Assembly (NCBI GenBank): GCA_041661625.1
Contig: JBAZUB010000002.1
Coordinates: forward strand, 28,059-92,058
Source: Patescibacteria group bacterium
Lineage (GTDB): Bacteria > Patescibacteriota > Patescibacteriia > JAHIZJ01
DNA length: 64,000 nt
Reading direction: 5' to 3'
Both the position numbers and the translations under genes were made by a program. Below the pieces are notes generated by a model. The model had not been told where the DNA came from. It did not search any database and worked only from the letters and a program-made list of their open reading frames with translations. Positions 1-8,866 of the stretch are shown in pieces; positions within the stretch are counted from its first letter, which is position 1, and the number at the start of each line of letters is the position of its first letter.

Positions 1-11
1 AAAGCAGTACG

Positions 12-293
12 ATGCCGAACATGGATCCGATCATGATCGAGGTTTGCCCAAGGAGCTCCGGTGGTTATCATGCCAGCCTCCGGGGTGATCGTAACCGCTG
101 GGGTGGGGGAACCACCATTGAACAAGCGGTAGTCGGGCTGGTGAGCGTTTTCCCGGAAATGGTTGGTACGGCGCCGGGCCAGGTTACTGCCGTCATGGTC
201 GCGAGACGACCCAGGCTAACACTGAGGAACCCGTTCAACGCAATGGGAGAACCGAAACCGGAAAGCATGTTTCTACCCTGCGAACTTCGATAG
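12..293 (+). CDS. hypothetical protein (93 aa)
   Basis: ORF with ATG start; no family motif recognised. Confidence 0.45.
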   Translation: MPNMDPIMIEVCPRSSGGYHASLRGDRNRWGGGTTIEQAVVGLVSVFPEMVGTAPGQVTAVMVARRPRLTLRNPFNAMGEPKPESMFLPCELR

Positions 294-366
294 TACGAGA
301 CTGGTTCGGGTGTTTTGTCACGCTGGGAGTATGACCAGCACAGGCACGAAGCCAATGGAGGGCGGT

Positions 367-645
367 ATGTCAGTAAGTCTGGTTCTGAAGTCGTACTGTC
401 CGGGGGAGTGTATTCCCTGCACCTGTAGTCTGATGGCTTGGTTGAGGATTCGGGTCCCGGCGCTTACCGGCGTGCCCGATGTCACTATTGCCTGCCAGAG
501 GCGGTCATCGCCCGACGACGGCATAACAGCCGTATTCACAGGCATGGGCACAGCGAACGATCGGCGTCGTATCGCTGACGAACTGAACAGGGAGCTCACC
601 ACCTGTTTTGTTGGGCAGGCAGTGTACATCTGCTTCTGCGAATGA
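367..645 (+). CDS. hypothetical Cys-rich small protein
   Basis: ATG at 367 preceded by GGAGG; followed by a terminator hairpin. Confidence 0.45.
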   Translation: MSVSLVLKSYCPGECIPCTCSLMAWLRIRVPALTGVPDVTIACQRRSSPDDGITAVFTGMGTANDRRRIADELNRELTTCFVGQAVYICFCE

Positions 646-681
646 AACAGGCATGTCTACACAGACAAGTTGGCTACGATA

Positions 682-716
682 GGCTCGCGAGCGGTAACGC
701 CCGGGAGCCCTTTTTT
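682..716 (+). terminator. Rho-independent terminator
   Basis: GGCTC-GCGAGCG-GTAA-CGCCCGG-GAGCC followed by a T run. Confidence 0.6.
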
Positions 717-720
717 ATTC

Positions 721-857
721 TGTCATTGCGACCCCGCTGTTCGCGAACGGCGGGGTTGGCAATCCCCTTATCCGCTGGTACTAACCGGGTGATTGCTTCG
801 TCGCTCGCTTTGCTCGCTCCTCGCAATGACATGAAGGGAAAAGGGGCTCGCAATGAC
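721..857. repeat. palindromic repeat element (GTCATTGCGA...TCGCAATGAC type), copy 1
   Basis: 11-bp IR TGTCATTGCGA (721-731)/TCGCAATGACA (821-831), internal GCAATC/GATTGC pair, extra CTCGCAATGAC at 847-857; lies between convergent genes. Confidence 0.75.
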
Positions 858-863
858 GAATCA

Positions 864-1817
864 TTAAAGTTTATCAACGATACTTATAACCTCGTTGGCT
901 GATTTGACGTTCATTAATTTCACTCGTAATGCTTTCGCCTCGGGCCACCCGGACACGTATGCCTTGTAGTGTTTTTTCATAATGTCAAAATGTTTATTCT
1001 CGCCAAACATTTTTTCGAATAGGCGGGTATGCTCCAACAAAGCCTTTAGCTTCTCTTTGGGCGTAATAGATTCCGGTGGCCGCTCGGCATCAAAAAACCA
1101 CGGATTACCAAACGCTCCCCGTCCCACCATAATCCCATCGGCGCCGGTTTGTTTAGCTAACTCTTGGCCTTGTGCCAGGCTGGCCACGTCGCCGTTGCCA
1201 ATGATTAAAGTTTTTGATTTAATTGCGTCACGTAATTCGATGGCGCGCTTGATTCGATCCCAATGCGCCGGACCTTTGGACATTTCTTTTCTAGTGCGCG
1301 CGTGGATTGTAATCGCGGCCAAATCGACATCGAGTAATACCGGCAGCCATTCATCCAAAATGTCATTCGAATAACCCAGGCGTGTTTTTACCGACACGGG
1401 CAGGGTACCGGCGCCGCGAATTGTTTCGGCGATAATACGTTGGGCCAGCTTAGGGTCTTTCATTAGTTTGGCGCCGGCGTTTTGTCTTTCTACGGCGCGA
1501 TCGGGACAACCCATGTTGATATCGATACCATCGAATTTCCACTCTTGAGCCATTTGGGCGCAGCGATAAAAATTGTCCGGCTTAGAACCAAAAAGCTGCA
1601 GCACCAACGGCCGTTCGTTCTCGGTATATTTAAGATCAACCTTCAATCGTTCGAGCCCCTCGGAGCACAACCCATCGCAGGAAATAAACTCGGTGAAAAA
1701 AACGTCCGGCGGCCCATACTTCGCGAACATCCGGCGAAAGGCCGAGTCGGTCACATTGGCCATTGGCGCCAGGATGAAGAACGGTTTACGCAGTTTTCTC
1801 CAAAAGCCTGATTTCAT
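864..1817 (-). CDS. dus: tRNA-dihydrouridine synthase (Dus family)
   Basis: LAPMANVTD, QLFGS, DINMGCP, SVKTRLG, IHART, GNGD and VGRGAFGNPW motifs. Confidence 0.95.
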   Translation of the reverse strand: MKSGFWRKLRKPFFILAPMANVTDSAFRRMFAKYGPPDVFFTEFISCDGLCSEGLERLKVDLKYTENERPLVLQLFGSKPDNFYRCAQMAQEWKFDGIDINMGCPDRAVERQNAGAKLMKDPKLAQRIIAETIRGAGTLPVSVKTRLGYSNDILDEWLPVLLDVDLAAITIHARTRKEMSKGPAHWDRIKRAIELRDAIKSKTLIIGNGDVASLAQGQELAKQTGADGIMVGRGAFGNPWFFDAERPPESITPKEKLKALLEHTRLFEKMFGENKHFDIMKKHYKAYVSGWPEAKALRVKLMNVKSANEVISIVDKL

Positions 1818-1919
1818 GTGTTTTTTAACCTATGTTGTTTCATTGGTAAATTGACTCTAACATGATTTTCTGATACAACCAAGGCAGGTTATCATGGGAA
1901 TCACAAAAGGAGGCCGCGG

Positions 1920-2375
1920 ATGTCAGTTCGACGGTTGTCGCGTTCATTAGAGGAGGGCCACACCTATTCGGGGGCGGCATTTGCCGAGCAACTTGAGGTG
2001 TTTATCGACAGACTACAGGATAGCGCTGTATTTCAAAAAGCGGTACTCCGCGAGGCGCATGAGGCGTTGCTTCACGTGCGTGACGCCATTATTGGCCGAC
2101 CTCCGGTTGATGCGGCCAAAAGCGCAGCCTACTATGCGATGTTTGCCAGGATGTATCGCCGGGTCGTGAGTTCTGGCCATTCGCGAGAGCAGATGAACTA
2201 CTGGTTCTTACTGGCCGAGGGGTTCGTGGAAAGACTGTCCCGAGCCGCCCGGTACTCATTCTCTGGTTTAGATGTTGAACTACTCGGAAATCTCGCCAAA
2301 ATGTTCCGGCTCATTGCCGAAGAGGGCGAACACCGAGCATACAGCAGGGGCATGTCTGACGACGATGACGAATAG
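1920..2375 (+). CDS. hypothetical protein (151 aa)
   Basis: AAGGAGG RBS, TTGACT..GATACA-like promoter upstream, terminator downstream. Confidence 0.7.
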   Translation: MSVRRLSRSLEEGHTYSGAAFAEQLEVFIDRLQDSAVFQKAVLREAHEALLHVRDAIIGRPPVDAAKSAAYYAMFARMYRRVVSSGHSREQMNYWFLLAEGFVERLSRAARYSFSGLDVELLGNLAKMFRLIAEEGEHRAYSRGMSDDDDE

Positions 2376-2401
2376 TTCCCATCTCGTTTCGTTGGACGCT
2401 C

Positions 2402-2430
2402 ACCACCACCTTGATCAAGGGGTGGTTTTC
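2402..2430 (+). terminator. Rho-independent terminator
   Basis: ACCACC-A-CCTTGATCAAGG-GGTGGT-TTTC. Confidence 0.55.
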
Positions 2431-2453
2431 TTATAGCCAAGTTGCCCCATCGA

Positions 2454-2481
2454 AGGCGGGCAAACGTTTGCCCGCCTACGT
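2454..2481. repeat. GTAG-type REP-like palindrome, copy 1
   Basis: perfect 24-bp palindrome AGGCGGGCAAACGTTTGCCCGCCT; ACGTAGGCGGGCAAAC (minus strand) is identical to 36615-36630. Confidence 0.65.
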
Positions 2482-2490
2482 TTGGTGTGA

Positions 2491-2856
2491 TTATTCAAAG
2501 TTAATACCCTTGATAGTATACAGCGGCAATACGGCGCATTTTACCCGCGAGGGTGAAAGATCGACGGCCAGTTTTTTTAGTAATACGGCGGTCTTCATGG
2601 CTTGAGCCTGTTTTAAGGTCTTGCCTTTTATCATATTGGAGAGAATTGATGACGCGGCTTGGGAGATGGCACAGCCCGAGCCTTCCCAACGGACATCGGT
2701 AATTATATTCTTGGAATTTAATTTTACGTAAAACCTGACTTCATCGCCGCAGGAAACATTTTGCCCGGGAAATATTTTCGTAGGATGAGTCAACTTACCC
2801 TTGTTACTGGGCGTAGTGGCGTGACGATAAACTAGCGTGTTGTAAAGGTCGGCCAT
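2491..2856 (-). CDS. sufU: SufU/NifU-type Fe-S scaffold / sulfur acceptor
   Basis: NVSCGDEV, GCAISQAASS, RVKCA motifs; last gene of the suf operon. Confidence 0.92.
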   Translation of the reverse strand: MADLYNTLVYRHATTPSNKGKLTHPTKIFPGQNVSCGDEVRFYVKLNSKNIITDVRWEGSGCAISQAASSILSNMIKGKTLKQAQAMKTAVLLKKLAVDLSPSRVKCAVLPLYTIKGINFE

Positions 2857-4064
2857 TGTTTGATGATCTCGGTTAATGCGGACGCCAGCGCGTCAACTTC
2901 GATTTTAGAATTATAAACCGACAGACCGATCCGGGCGGTAGCCGGCACGTTTAGTTTTTGATGCAACGGTTGGGCGCAATGATGCCCGGCGCGCACGCAA
3001 AAGCCGCGCTCATCCAGCCAGCTGGCCAGGTCGTGGGCATGCAGTCCGGTAATGGTAAATGCAATCACGCCTCCGCGCTCGCTAGGTGATGGTCCGTAGA
3101 TCTTCAAGCCCGGTATTTGTGAAAGTTTTTTGTAAGCATATGCGGTTAGGTCTTTCTCGTGCCGGATTAACGCCGGCCAGCCGAGTTTCTGAAGATAAGC
3201 TACGGCGGCTCCCAGGCCAGCTACCTGAGCCAGGGGCGGCGTACCGGCTTCCAGCAGGCCCGGCATGGGCTTGAAATCACTATGCTGCCAATCAACCCGG
3301 CTGATCATATCTCCGCCGGTCTGGTAGGGTTGTAATTCATCCCAGTGCTCGGGTGCGACATAGGCGACGCCGATACCGGTGGGGCCGTACATTTTGTGTC
3401 CTGAGAAGACCAAGAAGTCCGGCTTAAGTTTTTTGATATCAATTGGTAAATGGGCGATACTTTGGGCGGCGTCGACGACCACGACCACGCCAATTTTTTG
3501 CGCCGCACGAATAATATTTTCAATTGGGTTAATCGTACCAAGTACATTTGATACATGAGTCAACGAAAGCAGTTTTACGCCGGCCAGTGTTTTTGTTAGA
3601 TTGGTTAAAACCAATTTACCAGCCGCATCGATCGGCCAGTAGCGCAGAATTAGACTTTTTTCCTTGGCTAGTTGTTGCCACGGCACGATATTGGCGTGGT
3701 GTTCCATCTCGGTCACTAGAATCACGTCACCGCGCTTGAGATTTGGCCTTGCCCAAGCCTGGGTGATCAGGTTAATTCCTTCGGTGGTGCCTTTTGTGAA
3801 AACTATCGATCGTGCATCGGACGCGTTTAGAAATTCGGCTACCTGGCTACGCACGCGCTCATAGGCCACGGTCGCTTCTTCGGCCAGGGCGTAGACGCCC
3901 CTGTGAATGTTGGCGTTGGTGGTTTCGTACCAGTTGGTTTCGGCGTCGATAACCGATCGCGGTCTTTGGCTGGTGGCTACGGAATCAAAGTAAATAAACG
4001 GCCGGTGGCGCGCCGCCATGGATTTAAATATTGGGAAATCCTGTTTGATGTTTTTTGGTATCAT
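2832..4064 (-). CDS. sufS: cysteine desulfurase SufS
   Basis: YFDSVATSQ, EHHAN, FSGHKMYGP, RAGHHCAQP motifs. Confidence 0.96.
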   Translation of the reverse strand: MIPKNIKQDFPIFKSMAARHRPFIYFDSVATSQRPRSVIDAETNWYETTNANIHRGVYALAEEATVAYERVRSQVAEFLNASDARSIVFTKGTTEGINLITQAWARPNLKRGDVILVTEMEHHANIVPWQQLAKEKSLILRYWPIDAAGKLVLTNLTKTLAGVKLLSLTHVSNVLGTINPIENIIRAAQKIGVVVVVDAAQSIAHLPIDIKKLKPDFLVFSGHKMYGPTGIGVAYVAPEHWDELQPYQTGGDMISRVDWQHSDFKPMPGLLEAGTPPLAQVAGLGAAVAYLQKLGWPALIRHEKDLTAYAYKKLSQIPGLKIYGPSPSERGGVIAFTITGLHAHDLASWLDERGFCVRAGHHCAQPLHQKLNVPATARIGLSVYNSKIEVDALASALTEIIKQWPTFTTR

Positions 4065-5012
4065 TTAGGTGGCTAGATAACGGTCGAATAATCGTTTAAT
4101 GTTTTCATTGGGAGCGTGCCGGACAACCTGATGGACAAACGCTTTGATCAGAAGCCGGTCGGCTTGTGGGCTCGACAATCCGCGAGTGGTCAGGTAAAAG
4201 CGTTCCAACTCTGATAGGCGTCCGACGGTAGCCCCATGATAGGCTTTTACGTCATGATTGAGGATTTCAAGATTGGGTACGGTTTTGATGCGGCTCTGCT
4301 CTGATAATAATAGCGCATTCTGAAATAAAACTGAATTCGTGCCCCGTCCTTTCGGTCCAATTCGCACTTTTCCATCAACTGATGTGTCCGAATGATCACG
4401 CCCCAAGCCAGCCCAGTGAATAGCGCCGCGGCCTCGTTGTTTTTGGTGGTCATTAGTCAAACACATTGAAACATTGGCAGTTTGTCGGGCATCAATAATT
4501 GTGTTTATCTCACCGGTAGCGTTCCATCCGATATGCCGGATGGTTTGGTTGATCACGTGCCGATGATTTAACCGTCCGTACCAATTTAGCGATGCTCGGC
4601 CGTGCGTATCTACCAACGTCAAAGTATTTAAATCAAACGATTGATTGTTTATGCTCTCACCAAAGTAATCAGCTTGAGCTCCTTTTTGACAAAGAATAAC
4701 CGTGGAGCTTCCGGCCGGTACTTTGCCGGAATATATAAGATGCTCAATAATCGTTAAGTGGGCTCGTGGGCTCGCGATAAAATACAACGTCGGCCAGCTG
4801 GCTAATAATTTGTTAGTGAATTCAATGGTTAGCTTAGTGTTGCAGGGTACGATCGTGGCAAAACGGTTAGGCTGGCTTAAACCCGACGTCTTGTCCAAAA
4901 TAGCGCGCAACGTGGCGGGTAATTTGGCGTATGGTAAAATTGGCGCTTTAAAAGCGCTTTGAATGGCATTGATAGACAGTTTTGTGGGATGGTGAGACTT
5001 GGTTAGGGTCAT
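4065..5012 (-). CDS. sufD: Fe-S cluster assembly protein SufD (short, divergent)
   Basis: [28 protein letters not shown]; position between sufB and sufS. Confidence 0.88.
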   Translation of the reverse strand: MTLTKSHHPTKLSINAIQSAFKAPILPYAKLPATLRAILDKTSGLSQPNRFATIVPCNTKLTIEFTNKLLASWPTLYFIASPRAHLTIIEHLIYSGKVPAGSSTVILCQKGAQADYFGESINNQSFDLNTLTLVDTHGRASLNWYGRLNHRHVINQTIRHIGWNATGEINTIIDARQTANVSMCLTNDHQKQRGRGAIHWAGLGRDHSDTSVDGKVRIGPKGRGTNSVLFQNALLLSEQSRIKTVPNLEILNHDVKAYHGATVGRLSELERFYLTTRGLSSPQADRLLIKAFVHQVVRHAPNENIKRLFDRYLAT

Positions 5013-6403
5013 CCGATTGAGTCCTTCATTTCCATGGCGATCAGGCGGTTAAGCTCGATGGCATATTCCAGCGGCAGTTCTTTGGCAAAGACTTCCATGA
5101 ATCCCACCACCACCATACGCTCGGCCGCGGCGCGGGAAAGGCCGCGCGATTGCAGGTAGTAAAGCTGTTCATCGCTAATTTTTGATACCGACGCTTCGTG
5201 TTCAACTATCGTCCGGTCGTTTTCAATATCCATCGTTGGATAGGTGTCCGATCGCGAAAGTTCGTCAACCAGAAGGGCGTCACAGCGCACATTCACCCGG
5301 CAGTTGGCGGCCCAGGGTACAACTCTTACCAGCCCGCGGTAAGAAGCGCGGCCGCCGTCCTTGGATATGGATTTGGAAACAATTTTCGATGATGTGTCGG
5401 ATGCCAGATGCCAGACCTTGGCGCCGGTATCCTGGTGCTGACCCTTACCGGCGAACGCTACCGACAGCACGTCGGCACGGGCACCGCGGCCCTTGAGCAA
5501 TACGGCCGGATACTTCATGGTCACCTTTGACCCCAGATTACCATCGACCCACTCGACCAGCGCGTTTTCATGTGCTACCGCTCGCTTAGTCACCAGATTA
5601 TAAACATTCGAGGACCAGTTTTGAATGGTGGTGTAACGGATTTTTGCCCGGGGCAGGGCGATTATTTCCACCACGGCGGCGTGCAAAGAGTCTTTGGAAT
5701 AGGTCGGGGCGGTACAGCCCTCGATGTAGTGAACCGAGGCATCTTCGTCAACAATAATTAATGTGCGCTCAAACTGGCCCATCGATGGCGCGTTGATGCG
5801 GAAATAGGCCTGGAGCGGCAGATCGACTTTCACGCCCTTGGGCACATAGATGAACGACCCGCCCGACCAAACCGCCGTATTGAGCGCGGCAAATTCATTA
5901 TCGCGGGTGGGAATCACCGAACCAAAATATTTCTGCACCAATTCCGGGTGCTTCAACGGCGCTTCCGACATATCGCAGAAGACTACGCCCAGTTTAGTCC
6001 ATTGCTCTTTAAGATTATGATAAATCACCTCCGATTCGTATTGCGCGCCGACACCGGCCAGGAACTTACGCTCGGCTTTGGGAATGCCCAGCTTTTCAAA
6101 AGTATTTTTTATATAAGCCGGTACGTCTTTCCAGGTGGTGGTAGGTTGGTTGGATGGTTTCCAGTAATAGGTAATGTCATCGAAATCAATATCAGATAAA
6201 TCGGCTCCCCAAGTCGGCATTGGTTTCGAAGCGAATACCTTCAGCGCTTCCAGCCGCTTGGCTAGCAGCCAGGCCGGTTCTTTCTTATGGGCCGAGATCG
6301 ATTTAACCACACTCGCGTTGAGCCCCTTGGGAGTGCGAAAAGAGTATTTCAGCGGGTCGTGAAAGGTTGACTGTGAAGTATTAAAATTAATCGCTCGACT
6401 CAT
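5009..6403 (-). CDS. sufB: Fe-S cluster assembly protein SufB
   Basis: [34 protein letters not shown] motifs. Confidence 0.97.
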   Translation of the reverse strand: MSRAINFNTSQSTFHDPLKYSFRTPKGLNASVVKSISAHKKEPAWLLAKRLEALKVFASKPMPTWGADLSDIDFDDITYYWKPSNQPTTTWKDVPAYIKNTFEKLGIPKAERKFLAGVGAQYESEVIYHNLKEQWTKLGVVFCDMSEAPLKHPELVQKYFGSVIPTRDNEFAALNTAVWSGGSFIYVPKGVKVDLPLQAYFRINAPSMGQFERTLIIVDEDASVHYIEGCTAPTYSKDSLHAAVVEIIALPRAKIRYTTIQNWSSNVYNLVTKRAVAHENALVEWVDGNLGSKVTMKYPAVLLKGRGARADVLSVAFAGKGQHQDTGAKVWHLASDTSSKIVSKSISKDGGRASYRGLVRVVPWAANCRVNVRCDALLVDELSRSDTYPTMDIENDRTIVEHEASVSKISDEQLYYLQSRGLSRAAAERMVVVGFMEVFAKELPLEYAIELNRLIAMEMKDSIG

Positions 6404-6406
6404 TGG

Positions 6407-7162
6407 TTATTTCTTTTCCAACAACCAGGCATAGCCTTGGCGGTCTAGTTTATGAAGCAAGCCTTGCGCCCCCGAAACCGCAATCGCACCATCGGACATA
6501 ACATGAACCGCGTCCGGTTTTAAGGCATGCAGAAGTTTTTGATAATGGGTAATTACCAGAACTACTCGCTGGGGAGCCTTAAGCTTTTTTACGGTCTGGG
6601 CGACCAGCTTGAGGGCGTCAATATCCAGTCCCGAATCGGTTTCGTCCAGTATAATCAGTTTGGGTTGAAGCATGAGCAGCTGAACCAATTCGGCCTTCTT
6701 TTTTTCACCACCCGAGAAGCCCTCATTGATTGAACGCTCCAGAAACTTCGGTGCTAACTTTAATTCACGCAATGCGTTACGCAGTCGCTGGTCAAATTTT
6801 TTCGAGCTAGCCTTTTCCCCGGTGACAGCCTGATACGCCGTCCAGAGAAATTCGCGGTAACCCACGCCCGAAATTTCGATTGGGTATTGGAACGCCAAAA
6901 ACACACCTAGCCGGGCACGTTCGGAAGCGGAAAGCTTCAAAATATTTACGCCTTGCCACATGACCCGCCCACTTTTCACCTGATAACCCGGGTGACCCAT
7001 CAGGATGTTAGCCAGCGTTGACTTGCCCGAACCATTCGGACCCATCAAAGCGGTAATGGTGCCCGGTTTGGCGAGCAGATTCAAATCATGAAGAATAATC
7101 TTGCCTTTGGGGCCGGCGGTCAGCCGATCGATATGCAATGTGAACTTTGATATTTTGGACAT
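6407..7162 (-). CDS. sufC: Fe-S cluster assembly ATPase SufC
   Basis: GPNGSGKST, FQYPIEI, GFSGGEKK, LDETDSGLDIDA motifs. Confidence 0.96.
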   Translation of the reverse strand: MSKISKFTLHIDRLTAGPKGKIILHDLNLLAKPGTITALMGPNGSGKSTLANILMGHPGYQVKSGRVMWQGVNILKLSASERARLGVFLAFQYPIEISGVGYREFLWTAYQAVTGEKASSKKFDQRLRNALRELKLAPKFLERSINEGFSGGEKKKAELVQLLMLQPKLIILDETDSGLDIDALKLVAQTVKKLKAPQRVVLVITHYQKLLHALKPDAVHVMSDGAIAVSGAQGLLHKLDRQGYAWLLEKK

Positions 7163-7163
7163 G

Positions 7164-7583
7164 TTAGGTTAATAATTTAGCTAATGAAATACCGGCCATA
7201 GTTTGATCCAACGCGGTTTGAACCTTGGACCAGGCTTTTTTAGACGGACAATGGTTTGATAACGCGCAAGCTCGGCCTTGATTATGGGTGGCACAGTCGA
7301 TCAGTTGAAGGCGTCCCTCTATCAGTGAAACTATGGCTTTCAACGAAACTAATTTTGGATTCTTAACCATAACATAACCGCCATTGCGACCGCGGCGGCT
7401 TTTTATCCAACCGGCTTTTTTGAATGGTAGAATCAATTGCTCAAGATACTTGAGTGAGATGTTTTCGTGACGGCTGATTTCAGACAGTGTTACCGATTGT
7501 TGGGTGGAGTATGATTTGGCCAGCCAGAGCGCCAGGCGCAGGGCGTAGTGCTCTTTGGCCGAAATGGCACCGAAATATGGCAT
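7164..7583 (-). CDS. Rrf2-family (IscR-like) transcriptional regulator
   Basis: YALR, ISLKYLEQL, SRRGRNGGY and three C-terminal Cys (C..C..C) typical of cluster-binding Rrf2 proteins. Confidence 0.92.
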   Translation of the reverse strand: MPYFGAISAKEHYALRLALWLAKSYSTQQSVTLSEISRHENISLKYLEQLILPFKKAGWIKSRRGRNGGYVMVKNPKLVSLKAIVSLIEGRLQLIDCATHNQGRACALSNHCPSKKAWSKVQTALDQTMAGISLAKLLT

Positions 7584-7588
7584 CGATT

Positions 7589-7640
7589 TATAATCCTAGT
7601 AAGATAGTAGGATTATACGATAATAAGATTGTTGCGTCAA
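7589..7640 (-). promoter_or_regulatory. sigma70 promoter with overlapping Rrf2-type operator
   Basis: TTGACG (7640-7635)-17 nt-TATAAT (7617-7612); palindrome TATAATCCTA-N9-TAGGATTATA at 7589-7617. Confidence 0.85.
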
Positions 7641-7704
7641 TAGTCATCCCCCCTTTTATTTAAAGGGCGCCAGATGGTTTGTGATAACCGTTTCTATCAT
7701 ATCT

Positions 7705-7750
7705 CGTTATTGCGACCCCGCTGTTCACGAACGGCGGGGTCGCAATGACG
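7705..7750. repeat. palindromic repeat element, copy 2 (short hairpin form)
   Basis: CGTTATTGCGACCCCGCTGTTC-AC-GAACGGCGGGGTCGCAATGACG; core differs from 725-756 by one base. Confidence 0.75.
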
Positions 7751-7892
7751 GGTACTATAATGTGTGGGCGATTAAGAGCATAAAACAAGTTTTCTCAATG
7801 GGTGGTTTACGGAAGAAAAATCAACTATAGCAATTATTGTACGACTTCAAACATTAGCATTATAATAACGGCACATTATTAAATATCATTAT

Positions 7893-8480
7893 ATGAAGCA
7901 CATCGCCAATTTCTTCTATGAACTAGGTATGCTGAAACGTCAATTACACGTGGGGCCCACGTTGGCTGGTGCGCTGCCGGTGGAATTAGACAGCTTAAGC
8001 GATCACACGGCGCGCGCGGCATTGATTGGGTATATATTGGCCGATCTGGAAGGAGTCAATCCGGAAAAGGTAGCGTGTATGCTCTTAGTGCATGATGTCC
8101 CGGAAGTTAGGATTGGTGATCAGCACAAAGTGGCGGCTGGATATCTCAATACCGACGCGGCCGAACAGGCGGCGTTCGAAGAACAGTTGGAGTTATTGCC
8201 TGATGCGGTCGCGGCCAGCTGGAAAAAGTATCAAGCGGAATTTAACCAACGCGATACCAAAGAAGGAACAGTGGCCAAAGATGCCGATTGGCTGGAGACG
8301 GCCATTACCGCTCGTGAATTGGTCGGGCGCGGTTATTCGGCTATGCAAAACTGGATAGACAATGTGCGCTCCGCGCTGGAAACAGCTAGCGCTAAAAAGA
8401 TCCTCGAGGAAATAGAAAAAACAGAACCGACCGACTGGTGGAAAGATCTCAAGAAGATGACGTATACAAAACTGGGATAA
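7893..8480 (+). CDS. HD-domain hydrolase (YfbR/HDDC2-like 5'-deoxynucleotidase)
   Basis: LK..., SLSDHT, LVHDVPEVRIGD, AKDADWLE motifs. Confidence 0.88.
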   Translation: MKHIANFFYELGMLKRQLHVGPTLAGALPVELDSLSDHTARAALIGYILADLEGVNPEKVACMLLVHDVPEVRIGDQHKVAAGYLNTDAAEQAAFEEQLELLPDAVAASWKKYQAEFNQRDTKEGTVAKDADWLETAITARELVGRGYSAMQNWIDNVRSALETASAKKILEEIEKTEPTDWWKDLKKMTYTKLG

Positions 8481-8524
8481 TAGTATCCCTCTGCATATTC
8501 AAATGGCTTAATGAGGCGCCGTGC

Positions 8525-8553
8525 TTGACACGGTCGTTTAAGTTTAGTATACT
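8525..8553 (+). promoter_or_regulatory. sigma70 promoter
   Basis: TTGACA-17 nt-TATACT. Confidence 0.8.
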
Positions 8554-8581
8554 CATTAATACAATATTTCTTAGGAAATCC

Positions 8582-8731
8582 ATGAACAACTGCCAACTAT
8601 TTCATTCTCTGTGGACGACCCCTGTGCGTGATGCGCGGATTGGGTCGATTCTGGTTGCACTTGATATGCAGCCGGAGTCCCGGACGGCAGAATTGAGCAT
8701 GGAAGAGTCGTTGGCGAATACACTTTTGTAA
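8582..8731 (+). CDS. 49-aa small ORF / putative leader peptide
   Basis: ATG after AGGA, directly downstream of a consensus promoter and followed by a terminator. Confidence 0.45.
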   Translation: MNNCQLFHSLWTTPVRDARIGSILVALDMQPESRTAELSMEESLANTLL

Positions 8732-8756
8732 CAATAGACACACTTCTCCTATGTTG

Positions 8757-8786
8757 AGTTCTGCCGAGATCCGGCAGAGCTTTTTT
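8757..8786 (+). terminator. Rho-independent terminator / attenuator upstream of ABC exporter
   Basis: AGTTCTGCCG-AGATC-CGGCAGAGCT followed by a T run. Confidence 0.8.
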
Positions 8787-8866
8787 GGTTCGCGGCCAGG
8801 TTTGAGTCAATGAGGAATTGACCGTACACCGACCGCAGGGTTCATTGAAAACATAGGAGGAACACC

